Below, one piece after another: positions 36,601 through 50,400 of a stretch of 64,000 nt of DNA. How positions within the stretch are numbered: the first letter of the stretch is position 1; each line of letters starts with the position of its first letter. The translations under genes were made by a program, and so were the position numbers. The notes below the pieces were generated by a model. It saw nothing but the letters and a program-made list of their open reading frames with translations. It had not been told where the DNA came from and did no database searches. Source of the stretch: Nemertoderma westbladi (Eukaryota > Animalia > Xenacoelomorpha). The stretch covers positions 1-64,000 of the forward strand of contig JAUCBJ010002874.1 in the NCBI GenBank assembly GCA_032718475.1, given 5' to 3'.

Positions 36601-39600
36601 AACGTAGAGGCATTCATAGTAAATGTATGGAGTAGGGAGAGAACGTAGAGGCATTCATAGTAAATGAGGAGGGAAAGAACGTAGAGGCATTCATAGTAAA
36701 TGTATGGAGGAGGGAATGAACGTAGAGGCATTCATAGTAAATGTATGGAGGAGGGAAAGAACGTAGAGGCATTCATAGTAAATGTATGGAGTAGGGAAAG
36801 AACGTAGAGGCATTCATAGTAAATGTATGGAGGAGGGAAAGAACGTAGAGGCATTCATAGTAAATGTATGGAGGAGGGAAAGAACGTAGAGGCATTCATA
36901 GTAAATGAGGAGGGAAAGAACGTAGAGGCATTCATAGTAAATGAGTAGGGAAAGAACGTAGAGGCATTCATAGTAAATGTATGGAGTAGGGAATGAAGAA
37001 CGTAGAGGCATTCATAGTAAATGTATGGAGGAGGGAAAGAACGTAGAGGCATTCATAGTAAATGAGTAGGGAGAGAACGTAGAGGCATTCATAGTAAATG
37101 AGTAGGGAGAGAACGTAGAGGCATTCATAGTAAATGAGTAGGGAGAGAACGTAGAGGCATTCATAGTAAATGTATGGAGTAGGGAAAGAACGTAGAGGCA
37201 TTCATAGTAAATGTATGGAGTAGGGAGAGAACGTAGAGGCATTCATAGTAAATGAGTAGGGAGAGAACGTAGAGGCATTCATAGTAAATGTATGGAGGAG
37301 GGAAAGAACGTAGAGGCATTCATAGTAAATGAGTAGGGAGAGAATGTAGAGGCATTCATAGTAAATGAGTAGGGAGAGAACGTAGAGGCATTCATAGTAA
37401 ATGTATGGAGGAGGGAAAGAACGTAGAGGCATTCATAGTAAATGAGTAGGGAGAGAATGTAGAGGCATTCATAGTAAATGAGTAGGGAGAGAACGTAGAG
37501 GCATTCATAGTAAATGTATGGAGTAGGGAATGAAGAACGTAGAGGCATTCATAGTAAATGTATGGAGGAGGGAAAGAACGTAGAGGCATTCATAGTAAAT
37601 GAGTAGGGAGAGAACGTAGAGGCATTCATAGTAAATGTATGGAGTAGGGAATGAACGTAGAGGCATTCATAGTAAATGTATGGAGTAGGGAAAGAACGTA
37701 GAGGCATTCATAGTAAATGTATGGAGTAGGGAAAGAACGTAGAGGCATTCATAGTAAATGTATGGAGTAGGGAAAGAACGTAGAGGCATTCATAGTAAAT
37801 GAGTAGGGAGAGAACGTAGAGGCATTCATAGTAAATGTATGGAGTAGGGAGAGAACGTAGAGGCATTCATAGTAAATGTATGGAGTAGGGGGAGAACGTA
37901 GAGGCATTCATAGTAAATGTATGGAGTAGGGAAAGAACGTAGAGGCATTCATAGTAAATGTATGGAGTAGGGAAAGAACGTAGAGGCATTCATAGTAAAT
38001 GTATGGAGTAGGGAAAGAACGTAGAGGCATTCATAGTAAATGTATGGAGTAGGGAAAGAACGTAGAGGCATTCATAGTAAATGAGTAGGGAGAGAACGTA
38101 GAGGCATTCATAGTAAATGTATGGAGTAGGGAGAGAACGTAGAGGCATTCATAGTAAATGAGTAGGGAGAGAACGTAGAGGCATTCATAGTAAATGTATG
38201 GAGTAGGGAAAGAAGAACGTAGAGGCATTCATAGTAAATGTATGGAGGAGGGAAAGAACGTAGAGGCATTCATAGTAAATGTATGGAGTAGGGAAAGAAG
38301 AACGTAGAGGCATTCATAGTAAATGTATGGAGTAGGGAAAGAACGTAGAGGCATTCATAGTAAATGTATGGAGGAGGGAAAGAACGTAGAGGCATTCATA
38401 GTAAATGTATGGAGTAGGGAAAGAACGTAGAGGCATTCATAGTAAATGTATGGAGGAGGGAAAGATCGTAGAGGCATTCATAGTAAATGTATGGAGTAGG
38501 GAAAGAACGTAGAGGCATTCATAGTAAATGTATGGAGTAGGGAAAGAACGTAGAGGCATTCATAGTAAATGTATGGAGTAGGGAAAGAACGTAGAGGCAT
38601 TCATAGTAAATGTATGGAGGAGGGAAAGATCGTAGAGGCATTCATAGTAAATGTATGGAGTAGGGAAAGAACGTAGAGGCATTCATAGTAAATGTATGGA
38701 GTAGGGAAAGATCGTAGAGGCATTCATAGTAAATGTATGGAGTAGGGAAAGAACGTAGAGGCATTCATAGTAAATGAGTAGGGAGAGAATGTAGAGGCAT
38801 TCATAGTAAATGAGTAGGGAGAGAACGTAGAGGCATTCATAGTAAATGTATGGAGTAGGGAATGAACGTAGAGGCATTCATAGTAAATGTATGGAGGAGG
38901 GAAAGAACGTAGAGGCATTCATAGTAAATGTATGGAGTAGGGAAAGAATGTAGAGGCATTCATAGTAAATGTATGGAGGAGGGAAAGAACGTAGAGGCAT
39001 TCATAGTAAATGTATGGAGTAGGGAAAGAACGTAGAGGCATTCATAGTAAATGTATGGAGGAGGGAAAGAACGTAGAGGCATTCATAGTAAATGTATGGA
39101 GTAGGGAAAGAACGTAGAGGCATTCATAGTAAATGTATGGAGGAGGGAAAGAACGTAGAGGCATTCATAGTAAATGAGTAGGGAGAGAATGTAGAGGCAT
39201 TCATAGTAAATGAGTAGGGAGAGAACGTAGAGGCATTCATAGTAAATGTATGGAGGAGGGAGAGAACGTAGAGGCATTCATAGTAAATGAGTAGGGAGAG
39301 AATGTAGAGGCATTCATAGTAAATGAGTAGGGAGAGAACGTAGAGGCATTCATAGTAAATGTATGGAGGAGGGAGAGAACGTAGAGGCATTCATAGTAAA
39401 TGAGTAGGGAGAGAATGTAGAGGCATTCATAGTAAATGAGTAGGGAGAGAATGTAGAGGCATTCATAGTAAATGAGTAGGGAGAGAACGTAGAGGCATTC
39501 ATAGTAAATGTATGGAGGAGGGAGAGAACGTAGAGGCATTCATAGTAAATGAGGAGGGAGAGAACGTAGAGGCATTCATAGTAAATGTATGGAGTAGGGA

Positions 39601-40300
39601 AAGAACGTAGAGGCATTCATAGTAAATGAGGAGGGAGAGAATGTAGAGGCATTCATAGTAAATGTATGGAGTAGGGAAAGAACGTAGAGGCATTCATAGT
39701 AAATGTATGAAGGAGGGAATGAAGAACGTAGAGGCATTCATAGTAAATGTATGGAGTAGGGAATGAAGAACGTAGAGGCATTCATAGTAAATGTATGGAG
39801 TAGGGAAAGAACGTAGAGGCATTCATAGTAAATGTATGGAGTAGGGAAAGAACGTAGAGGCATTCATAGTAAATGTATGGAGGAGGGAAAGAACGTAGAG
39901 GCATTCATAGTAAATGTATGGAGGAGGGAAAGAAGAACGTAGAGGCATTCATAGTAAATGTATGGAGTAGGGAAAGAACGTAGAGGCATTCATAGTAAAT
40001 GTATGGAGTAGGGAAAGAACGTAGAGGCATTCATAGTAAATGTATGGAGTAGGGAAAGAATGTAGAGGCATTCATAGTAAATGAGTAGGGAGAGAATGTA
40101 GAGGCATTCATAGTAAATGTATGGAGTAGGGAAAGAATGTAGAGGCATTCATAGTAAATGTATGGAGTAGGGAATGAAGATCGTAGAGGCATTCATAGTA
40201 AATGTATGGAGGAGGGAAAGAACGTAGAGGCATTCATAGTAAATGAGTAGGGAGAGAACGTAGAGGCATTCATAGTAAATGAGTAGGGAAAGAACGTAGA
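36600..40300 (+). repeat. Array domain C: mixed 36/41-mers carrying the AATGTAG (CpG>TpG) variant
   Basis: 36-mers return; the GAATGTAGAG variant was seen only at about 37340-40140. Confidence 0.8.
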
Positions 40301-43300
40301 GGCATTCATAGTAAATGTATGAAGGAGGGAATGAAGAACGTAGAGGCATTCATAGTAAATGTATGGAGGAGGGAAAGAACGTAGAGGCATTCATAGTAAA
40401 TGTATGGAGGAGGGAAAGAACGTAGAGGCATTCATAGTAAATGTATGGAGTAGGGAATGAAGAACGTAGAGGCATTCATAGTAAATGAGTAGGGAAAGAA
40501 CGTAGAGGCATTCATAGTAAATGTATGGAGGAGGGAAAGAACGTAGAGGCATTCATAGTAAATGTATGGAGTAGGGAATGAAGAACGTAGAGGCATTCAT
40601 AGTAAATGTATGGAGTAGGGAAAGAACGTAGAGGCATTCATAGTAAATGTATGGAGGAGGGAAAGAACGTAGAGGCATTCATAGTAAATGTATGGAGTAG
40701 GGAATGAAGAACGTAGAGGCATTCATAGTAAATGTATGGAGGAGGGAAAGAACGTAGAGGCATTCATAGTAAATGTATGGAGTAGGGAAAGAACGTAGAG
40801 GCATTCATAGTAAATGTATGGAGGAGGGAAAGAACGTAGAGGCATTCATAGTAAATGTATGGAGTAGGGAATGAAGAACGTAGAGGCATTCATAGTAAAT
40901 GAGTAGGGAAAGAACGTAGAGGCATTCATAGTAAATGTATGGAGGAGGGAAAGAACGTAGAGGCATTCATAGTAAATGTATGGAGTAGGGAATGAAGAAC
41001 GTAGAGGCATTCATAGTAAATGTATGGAGTAGGGAAAGAACGTAGAGGCATTCATAGTAAATGTATGGAGGAGGGAAAGAACGTAGAGGCATTCATAGTA
41101 AATGTATGGAGTAGGGAAAGAACGTAGAGGCATTCATAGTAAATGTATGGAGGAGGGAAAGAACGTAGAGGCATTCATAGTAAATGTATGGAGTAGGGAA
41201 TGAAGAACGTAGAGGCATTCATAGTAAATGAGTAGGGAAAGAACGTAGAGGCATTCATAGTAAATGTATGGAGGAGGGAAAGAACGTAGAGGCATTCATA
41301 GTAAATGTATGGAGTAGGGAATGAAGAACGTAGAGGCATTCATAGTAAATGTATGGAGTAGGGAAAGAACGTAGAGGCATTCATAGTAAATGTATGGAGT
41401 AGGGAAAGAACGTAGAGGCATTCATAGTAAATGTATGGAGGAGGGAAAGAACGTAGAGGCATTCATAGTAAATGTATGGAGTAGGGAAAGAACGTAGAGG
41501 CATTCATAGTAAATGTATGGAGTAGGGAAAGAACGTAGAGGCATTCATAGTAAATGTATGGAGGAGGGAAAGAACGTAGAGGCATTCATAGTAAATGTAT
41601 GGAGTAGGGAAAGAACGTAGAGGCATTCATAGTAAATGTATGAAGGAGGGAATGAAGAACGTAGAGGCATTCATAGTAAATGTATGGAGTAGAGAAAGAA
41701 CGTAGAGGCATTCATAGTAAATGTATGGAGTAGGGAAAGAACGTAGAGGCATTCATAGTAAATGTATGGAGTAGGTAAAGAACGTAGAGGCATTCATAGT
41801 AAATGTATGGAGTAGGGAAAGAACGTAGAGGCATTCATAGTAAATGTATGGAGTAGGGAATGAAGAACGTAGAGGCATTCATAGTAAATGTATGGAGTAG
41901 GGAGAGAACGTAGAGGCATTCATAGTAAATGTATGGAGTAGGGAAAGATCGTAGAGGCATTCATAGTAAATGTATGGAGTAGAGAAAGAACGTAGAGGCA
42001 TTCATAGTAAATGTATGGAGTAGGGAAAGAACGTAGAGGCATTCATAGTAAATGTATGGAGTAGGTAAAGAACGTAGAGGCATTCATAGTAAATGTATGG
42101 AGTAGGGAAAGAACGTAGAGGCATTCATAGTAAATGTATGAAGGAGGGAATGAAGAACGTAGAGGCATTCATAGTAAATGTATGAAGGAGGGAATGAAGA
42201 ACGTAGAGGCATTCATAGTAAATGTATGGAGTAGGGAAAGAACGTAGAGGCATTCATAGTAAATGAGGAGGGAAAGAACGTAGAGGCATTCATAGTAAAT
42301 GTATGGAGTAGAGAAAGAACGTAGAGGCATTCATAGTAAATGTATGGAGTAGGGAAAGAACGTAGAGGCATTCATAGTAAATGTATGAAGGAGGGAATGA
42401 AGAACGTAGAGGCATTCATAGTAAATGTATGGAGTAGAGAAAGAACGTAGAGGCATTCATAGTAAATGAGGAGGGAAAGAACGTAGAGGCATTCATAGTA
42501 AATGTATGGAGTAGAGAAAGAACGTAGAGGCATTCATAGTAAATGAGGAGGGAAAGAACGTAGAGGCATTCATAGTAAATGTATGGAGTAGGTAAAGAAC
42601 GTAGAGGCATTCATAGTAAATGTATGGAGTAGGGAAAGAACGTAGAGGCATTCATAGTAAATGTATGAAGGAGGGAATGAAGAACGTAGAGGCATTCATA
42701 GTAAATGTATGGAGTAGGGAAAGAACGTAGAGGCATTCATAGTAAATGTATGGAGTAGGGAAAGAACGTAGAGGCATTCATAGTAAATGTATGGAGTAGG
42801 TAAAGAACGTAGAGGCATTCATAGTAAATGTATGGAGTAGGTAAAGAACGTAGAGGCATTCATAGTAAATGTATGAAGGAGGGAATGAAGAACGTAGAGG
42901 CATTCATAGTAAATGTATGGAGTAGGTAAAGAACGTAGAGGCATTCATAGTAAATGTATGGAGTAGGTAAAGAACGTAGAGGCATTCATAGTAAATGTAT
43001 GGAGTAGGGAATGAAGAACGTAGAGGCATTCATAGTAAATGTATGGAGGAGGGAAAGAACGTAGAGGCATTCATAGTAAATGTATGGAGGAGGGAAAGAA
43101 CGTAGAGGCATTCATAGTAAATGAGTAGGGAGAGAACGTAGAGGCATTCATAGTAAATGTATGAAGTAGGGAAAGAAGATCGTAGAGGCATTCATAGTAA
43201 ATGTATGGAGTAGGGAAAGAACGTAGAGGCATTCATAGTAAATGTATGGAGTAGAGAAAGAACGTAGAGGCATTCATAGTAAATGAGGAGGGAAAGAACG

Positions 43301-46300
43301 TAGAGGCATTCATAGTAAATGTATGGAGTAGAGAAAGAACGTAGAGGCATTCATAGTAAATGAGGAGGGAAAGAACGTAGAGGCATTCATAGTAAATGTA
43401 TGGAGTAGGTAAAGAACGTAGAGGCATTCATAGTAAATGTATGGAGTAGGGAAAGAACGTAGAGGCATTCATAGTAAATGTATGAAGGAGGGAATGAAGA
43501 ACGTAGAGGCATTCATAGTAAATGTATGAAGGAGGGAATGAAGAACGTAGAGGCATTCATAGTAAATGTATGGAGTAGGGAATGAACGTAGAGGCATTCA
43601 TAGTAAATGTATGGAGTAGGGAAAGAACGTAGAGGCATTCATAGTAAATGTATGAAGGAGGGAATGAAGAACGTAGAGGCATTCATAGTAAATGTATGGA
43701 GGAGGGAAAGAACGTAGAGGCATTCATAGTAAATGAGTAGGGAGAGAACGTAGAGGCATTCATAGTAAATGTATGAAGTAGGGAAAGAAGATCGTAGAGG
43801 CATTCATAGTAAATGTATGGAGTAGGGAAAGAACGTAGAGGCATTCATAGTAAATGTATGGAGTAGAGAAAAAACGTAGAGGCATTCATAGTAAATGAGG
43901 AGGGAAAGAACGTAGAGGCATTCATAGTAAATGTATGGAGTAGAGAAAGAACGTAGAGGCATTCATAGTAAATGAGGAGGGAAAGAACGTAGAGGCATTC
44001 ATAGTAAATGTATGGAGTAGGTAAAGAACGTAGAGGCATTCATAGTAAATGTATGGAGTAGGGAAAGAACGTAGAGGCATTCATAGTAAATGTATGAAGG
44101 AGGGAATGAAGAACGTAGAGGCATTCATAGTAAATGTATGAAGGAGGGAATGAAGAACGTAGAGGCATTCATAGTAAATGTATGGAGTAGGGAATGAACG
44201 TAGAGGCATTCATAGTAAATGTATGGAGTAGGGAAAGAACGTAGAGGCATTCATAGTAAATGTATGAAGGAGGGAATGAAGAACGTAGAGGCATTCATAG
44301 TAAATGTATGAAGGAGGGAATGAAGAACGTAGAGGCATTCATAGTAAATGTATGGAGTAGGGAAAGAACGTAGAGGCATTCATAGTAAATGTATGGAGGA
44401 GGGAAAGAACGTAGAGGCATTCATAGTAAATGTATGAAGGAGGGAATGAAGATCGTAGAGGCATTCATAGTAAATGTATGGAGTAGGGAAAGAACGTAGA
44501 GGCATTCATAGTAAATGTATGAAGGAGGGAATGAAGAACGTAGAGGCATTCATAGTAAATGTATGGAGTAGGGAAAGAACGTAGAGGCATTCATAGTAAA
44601 TGTATGGAGTAGGGAAAGAACGTAGAGGCATTCATAGTAAATGTATGAAGGAGGGAATGAAGAACGTAGAGGCATTCATAGTAAATGTATGAAGGAGGGA
44701 ATGAAGATCGTAGAGGCATTCATAGTAAATGTATGGAGTAGGGAAAGAACGTAGAGGCATTCATAGTAAATGTATGAAGGAGGGAATGAAGAACGTAGAG
44801 GCATTCATAGTAAATGTATGAAGGAGGGAATGAAGAACGTAGAGGCATTCATAGTAAATGTATGGAGTAGGGAAAGAACGTAGAGGCATTCATAGTAAAT
44901 GTATGAAGGAGGGAATGAAGAACGTAGAGGCATTCATAGTAAATGTATGAAGGAGGGAAAGAACGTAGAGGCATTCATAGTAAATGTATGGAGTAGGGAA
45001 AGATCGTAGAGGCATTCATAGTAAATGTATGAAGGAGGGAAAGAACGTAGAGGCATTCATAGTAAATGTATGGAGTAGGGAAAGAACGTAGAGGCATTCA
45101 TAGTAAATGTATGGAGGAGGGAAAGAACGTAGAGGCATTCATAGTAAATGTATGGAGTAGGGAAAGAACGTAGAGGCATTCATAGTAAATGTATGGAGTA
45201 GGGAAAGAACGTAGAGGCATTCATAGTAAATGTATGAAGGAGGGAAAGAACGTAGAGGCATTCATAGTAAATGTATGAAGGAGGGAAAGAACGTAGAGGC
45301 ATTCATAGTAAATGTATGGAGTAGAGAAAGAACGTAGAGGCATTCATAGTAAATGAGGAGGGAAAGAACGTAGAGGCATTCATAGTAAATGTATGGAGTA
45401 GGTAAAGAACGTAGAGGCATTCATAGTAAATGTATGGAGTAGGGAAAGAACGTAGAGGCATTCATAGTAAATGTATGAAGGAGGGAATGAAGATCGTAGA
45501 GGCATTCATAGTAAATGTATGGAGTAGGGAATGAAGAACGTAGAGGCATTCATAGTAAATGTATGGAGTAGGGAAAGAACGTAGAGGCATTCATAGTAAA
45601 TGTATGGAGTAGGGAAAGAACGTAGAGGCATTCATAGTAAATGTATGGAGTAGGGAAAGAACGTAGAGGCATTCATAGTAAATGTATGAAGGAGGGAATG
45701 AAGAACGTAGAGGCATTCATAGTAAATGTATGGAGTAGAGAAAGAACGTAGAGGCATTCATAGTAAATGAGGAGGGAAAGAACGTAGAGGCATTCATAGT
45801 AAATGTATGGAGTAGGGAAAGAACGTAGAGGCATTCATAGTAAATGTATGGAGTAGGGAAAGAACGTAGAGGCATTCATAGTAAATGTATGGAGTAGGGA
45901 ATGAAGAACGTAGAGGCATTCATAGTAAATGTATGGAGTAGGGAAAGAACGTAGAGGCATTCATAGTAAATGTATGGAGTAGGGAAAGAACGTAGAGGCA
46001 TTCATAGTAAATGTATGGAGTAGGGAAAGAACGTAGAGGCATTCATAGTAAATGTATGAAGGAGGGAATGAAGAACGTAGAGGCATTCATAGTAAATGTA
46101 TGGAGTAGAGAAAGAACGTAGAGGCATTCATAGTAAATGAGGAGGGAAAGAACGTAGAGGCATTCATAGTAAATGTATGGAGTAGGGAAAGAACGTAGAG
46201 GCATTCATAGTAAATGTATGGAGTAGGGAAAGAACGTAGAGGCATTCATAGTAAATGTATGAAGGAGGGAAAGAACGTAGAGGCATTCATAGTAAATGTA

Positions 46301-47460
46301 TGAAGGAGGGAAAGAACGTAGAGGCATTCATAGTAAATGTATGGAGTAGGGAAAGATCGTAGAGGCATTCATAGTAAATGTATGGAGTAGAGAAAGAACG
46401 TAGAGGCATTCATAGTAAATGAGGAGGGAAAGAACGTAGAGGCATTCATAGTAAATGTATGGAGTAGGTAAAGAACGTAGAGGCATTCATAGTAAATGTA
46501 TGGAGTAGGGAAAGAACGTAGAGGCATTCATAGTAAATGTATGAAGGAGGGAATGAAGATCGTAGAGGCATTCATAGTAAATGTATGGAGTAGGGAATGA
46601 AGAACGTAGAGGCATTCATAGTAAATGTATGGAGTAGGGAAAGAACGTAGAGGCATTCATAGTAAATGTATGGAGTAGGGAAAGAACGTAGAGGCATTCA
46701 TAGTAAATGTATGGAGTAGGGAAAGAACGTAGAGGCATTCATAGTAAATGTATGGAGTAGGGAAAGAACGTAGAGGCATTCATAGTAAATGTATGAAGGA
46801 GGGAATGAAGAACGTAGAGGCATTCATAGTAAATGTATGGAGTAGAGAAAGAACGTAGAGGCATTCATAGTAAATGAGGAGGGAAAGAACGTAGAGGCAT
46901 TCATAGTAAATGTATGGAGTAGGGAAAGAAGAACGTAGAGGCATTCATAGTAAATGAGTAGGGAGAGAACGTAGAGGCATTCATAGTAAATGTATGGAGT
47001 AGAGAAAGAACGTAGAGGCATTCATAGTAAATGTATGGAGTAGGGAAAGAACGTAGAGGCATTCATAGTAAATGTATGGAGTAGGGAAAGAACGTAGAGG
47101 CATTCATAGTAAATGTATGGAGGAGGGAAAGAACGTAGAGGCATTCATAGTAAATGTATGAAGGAGGGAATGAAGAACGTAGAGGCATTCATAGTAAATG
47201 TATGGAGTAGGGAAAGAACGTAGAGGCATTCATAGTAAATGTATGGAGTAGGGAAAGAACGTAGAGGCATTCATAGTAAATGTATGAAGGAGGGAATGAA
47301 GAACGTAGAGGCATTCATAGTAAATGTATGGAGTAGGGAAAGAACGTAGAGGCATTCATAGTAAATGTATGGAGTAGGGAAAGAACGTAGAGGCATTCAT
47401 AGTAAATGAGGAGGGAGAGAACGTAGAGGCATTCATAGTAAATGTATGGAGTAGGGAAAG
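40300..47460 (+). repeat. Array domain D: 41/44-mers with GTAGAGAAAG and GTAGGTAAAG variants
   Basis: Both GGG-disrupting variants cluster at about 41690-47010. Confidence 0.8.
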
Positions 47461-50400
47461 ATGTATGGAGTAGGGAAAGAACGTAGAGGCATTCATAGTA
47501 AATGAGTAGGGAGAGAACGTAGAGGCATTCATAGTAAATGAGTAGGGAAAGAACGTAGAGGCATTCATAGTAAATGAGTAGGGAGAGAACGTAGAGGCAT
47601 TCATAGTAAATGTATGGAGTAGGGAGAGAACGTAGAGGCATTCATAGTAAATGAGAAGGGAAAGAACGTAGAGGCATTCATAGTAAATGAGTAGGGAGAG
47701 AACGTAGAGGCATTCATAGTAAATGAGGAGGGAGAGAACGTAGAGGCATTCATAGTAAATGAGAAGGGAAAGAACGTAGAGGCATTCATAGTAAATGAGT
47801 AGGGAGAGAACGTAGAGGCATTCATAGTAAATGAGGAGGGAGAGAACGTAGAGGCATTCATAGTAAATGAGGAGGGAGAGAACGTAGAGGCATTCATAGT
47901 AAATGAGAAGGGAAAGAACGTAGAGGCATTCATAGTAAATGAGTAGGGAGAGAACGTAGAGGCATTCATAGTAAATGAGGAGGGAGAGAACGTAGAGGCA
48001 TTCATAGTAAATGTATGGAGTAGGGAAAGATCGTAGAGGCATTCATAGTAAATGTATGGAGTAGGGAAAGATCGTAGAGGCATTCATAGTAAATGTATGG
48101 AGTAGGGAGAGAACGTAGAGGCATTCATAGTAAATGTATGGAGTAGGGAAAGAACGTAGAGGCATTCATAGTAAATGAGAAGGGAGAGAACGTAGAGGCA
48201 TTCATAGTAAATGAGGAGGGAGAGAACGTAGAGGCATTCATAGTAAATGTATGGAGTAGGGAAAGAACGTAGAGGCATTCATAGTAAATGAGTAGGGAGA
48301 GAACGTAGAGGCATTCATAGTAAATGAGTAGGGAGAGAACGTAGAGGCATTCATAGTAAATGAGGAGGGAGAGAACGTAGAGGCATTCATAGTAAATGAG
48401 TAGGGAGAGAACGTAGAGGCATTCATAGTAAATGAGTAGGGAGAGAACGTAGAGGCATTCATAGTAAATGTATGGAGTAGGGAGAGAACGTAGAGGCATT
48501 CATAGTAAATGTATGGAGGAGGGACGGAACGTAGAGGCATTCATAGTAAATGAGTAGGGAGAGAACGTAGAGGCATTCATAGTAAATGAGTAGGGAGAGA
48601 ACGTAGAGGCATTCATAGTAAATGTATGGAGTAGGGAGAGAACGTAGAGGCATTCATAGTAAATGTATGGAGGAGGGACGGAACGTAGAGGCATTCATAG
48701 TAAATGAGGAGGGAGAGAACGTAGAGGCATTCATAGTAAATGAGTAGGGAAAGAACGTAGAGGCATTCATAGTAAATGAGTAGGGAAAGAACGTAGAGGC
48801 ATTCATAGTAAATGAGGAGGGAGAGAACGTAGAGGCATTCATAGTAAATGAGTAGGGAAAGAACGTAGAGGCATTCATAGTAAATGTATGGAGGAGGGAA
48901 TGAAGAACGTAGAGGCATTCATAGTAAATGTATGGAGGAGGGAATGAAGAACGTAGAGGCATTCATAGTAAATGTGTGGAGTAGGGAAAGAACGTAGAGG
49001 CATTCATAGTAAATGTATGGAGTAGGGAAAGAACGTAGAGGCATTCATAGTAAATGTATGGAGTAGGGAAAGAACGTAGAGGCATTCATAGTAAATGTAT
49101 GGAGTAGGGAAAGAACGTAGAGGCATTCATAGTAAATGTATGGAGTAGGGAAAGAACGTAGAGGCATTCATAGTAAATGTATGGAGTAGGGAAAGAACGT
49201 AGAGGCATTCATAGTAAATGTATGGAGTAGGGAAAGAACGTAGAGGCATTCATAGTAAATGTATGAAGGAGGGAATGAAGAACGTAGAGGCATTCATAGT
49301 AAATGTATGGAGGAGGGAATGAAGAACGTAGAGGCATTCATAGTAAATGTGTGGAGTAGGGAAAGAACGTAGAGGCATTCATAGTAAATGTATGAAGGAG
49401 GGAATGAAGAACGTAGAGGCATTCATAGTAAATGTATGGAGGAGGGAATGAAGAACGTAGAGGCATTCATAGTAAATGAGTAGGGAAAGAACGTAGAGGC
49501 ATTCATAGTAAATGAGGAGGGAGAGAACGTAGAGGCATTCATAGTAAATGAGAAGGGAGAGAACGTAGAGGCATTCATAGTAAATGAGGAGGGAAAGAAC
49601 GTAGAGGCATTCATAGTAAATGTATGGAGTAGGGAGAGAACGTAGAGGCATTCATAGTAAATGTATGGAGTAGGGAAAGAACGTAGAGGCATTCATAGTA
49701 AATGTATGGAGGAGGGAAAGAACGTAGAGGCATTCATAGTAAATGAGGAGGGAGAGAACGTAGAGGCATTCATAGTAAATGAGTAGGGAGAGAACGTAGA
49801 GGCATTCATAGTAAATGAGGAGGGAGAGAACGTAGAGGCATTCATAGTAAATGAGTAGGGAAAGAACGTAGAGGCATTCATAGTAAATGAGGAGGGAAAG
49901 AACGTAGAGGCATTCATAGTAAATGAGGAGGGAAAGAGCGTAGAGGCATTCATAGTAAATGTATGGAGTAGGGAAAGAACGTAGAGGCATTCATAGTAAA
50001 TGTATGGAGGAGGGAATGAAGAACGTAGAGGCATTCATAGTAAATGTATGGAGTAGGGAAAGAACGTAGAGGCATTCATAGTAAATGTATGGAGTAGGGA
50101 AAGAACGTAGAGGCATTCATAGTAAATGAGTAGGGAGAGAACGTAGAGGCATTCATAGTAAATGTATGGAGGAGGGAATGAAGAACGTAGAGGCATTCAT
50201 AGTAAATGTATGGAGGAGGGAAAGAACGTAGAGGCATTCATAGTAAATGTATGGAGTAGGGAAAGAACGTAGAGGCATTCATAGTAAATGAGTAGGGAGA
50301 GAACGTAGAGGCATTCATAGTAAATGAGGAGGGAGAGAACGTAGAGGCATTCATAGTAAATGAGTAGGGAAAGAACGTAGAGGCATTCATAGTAAATGAG

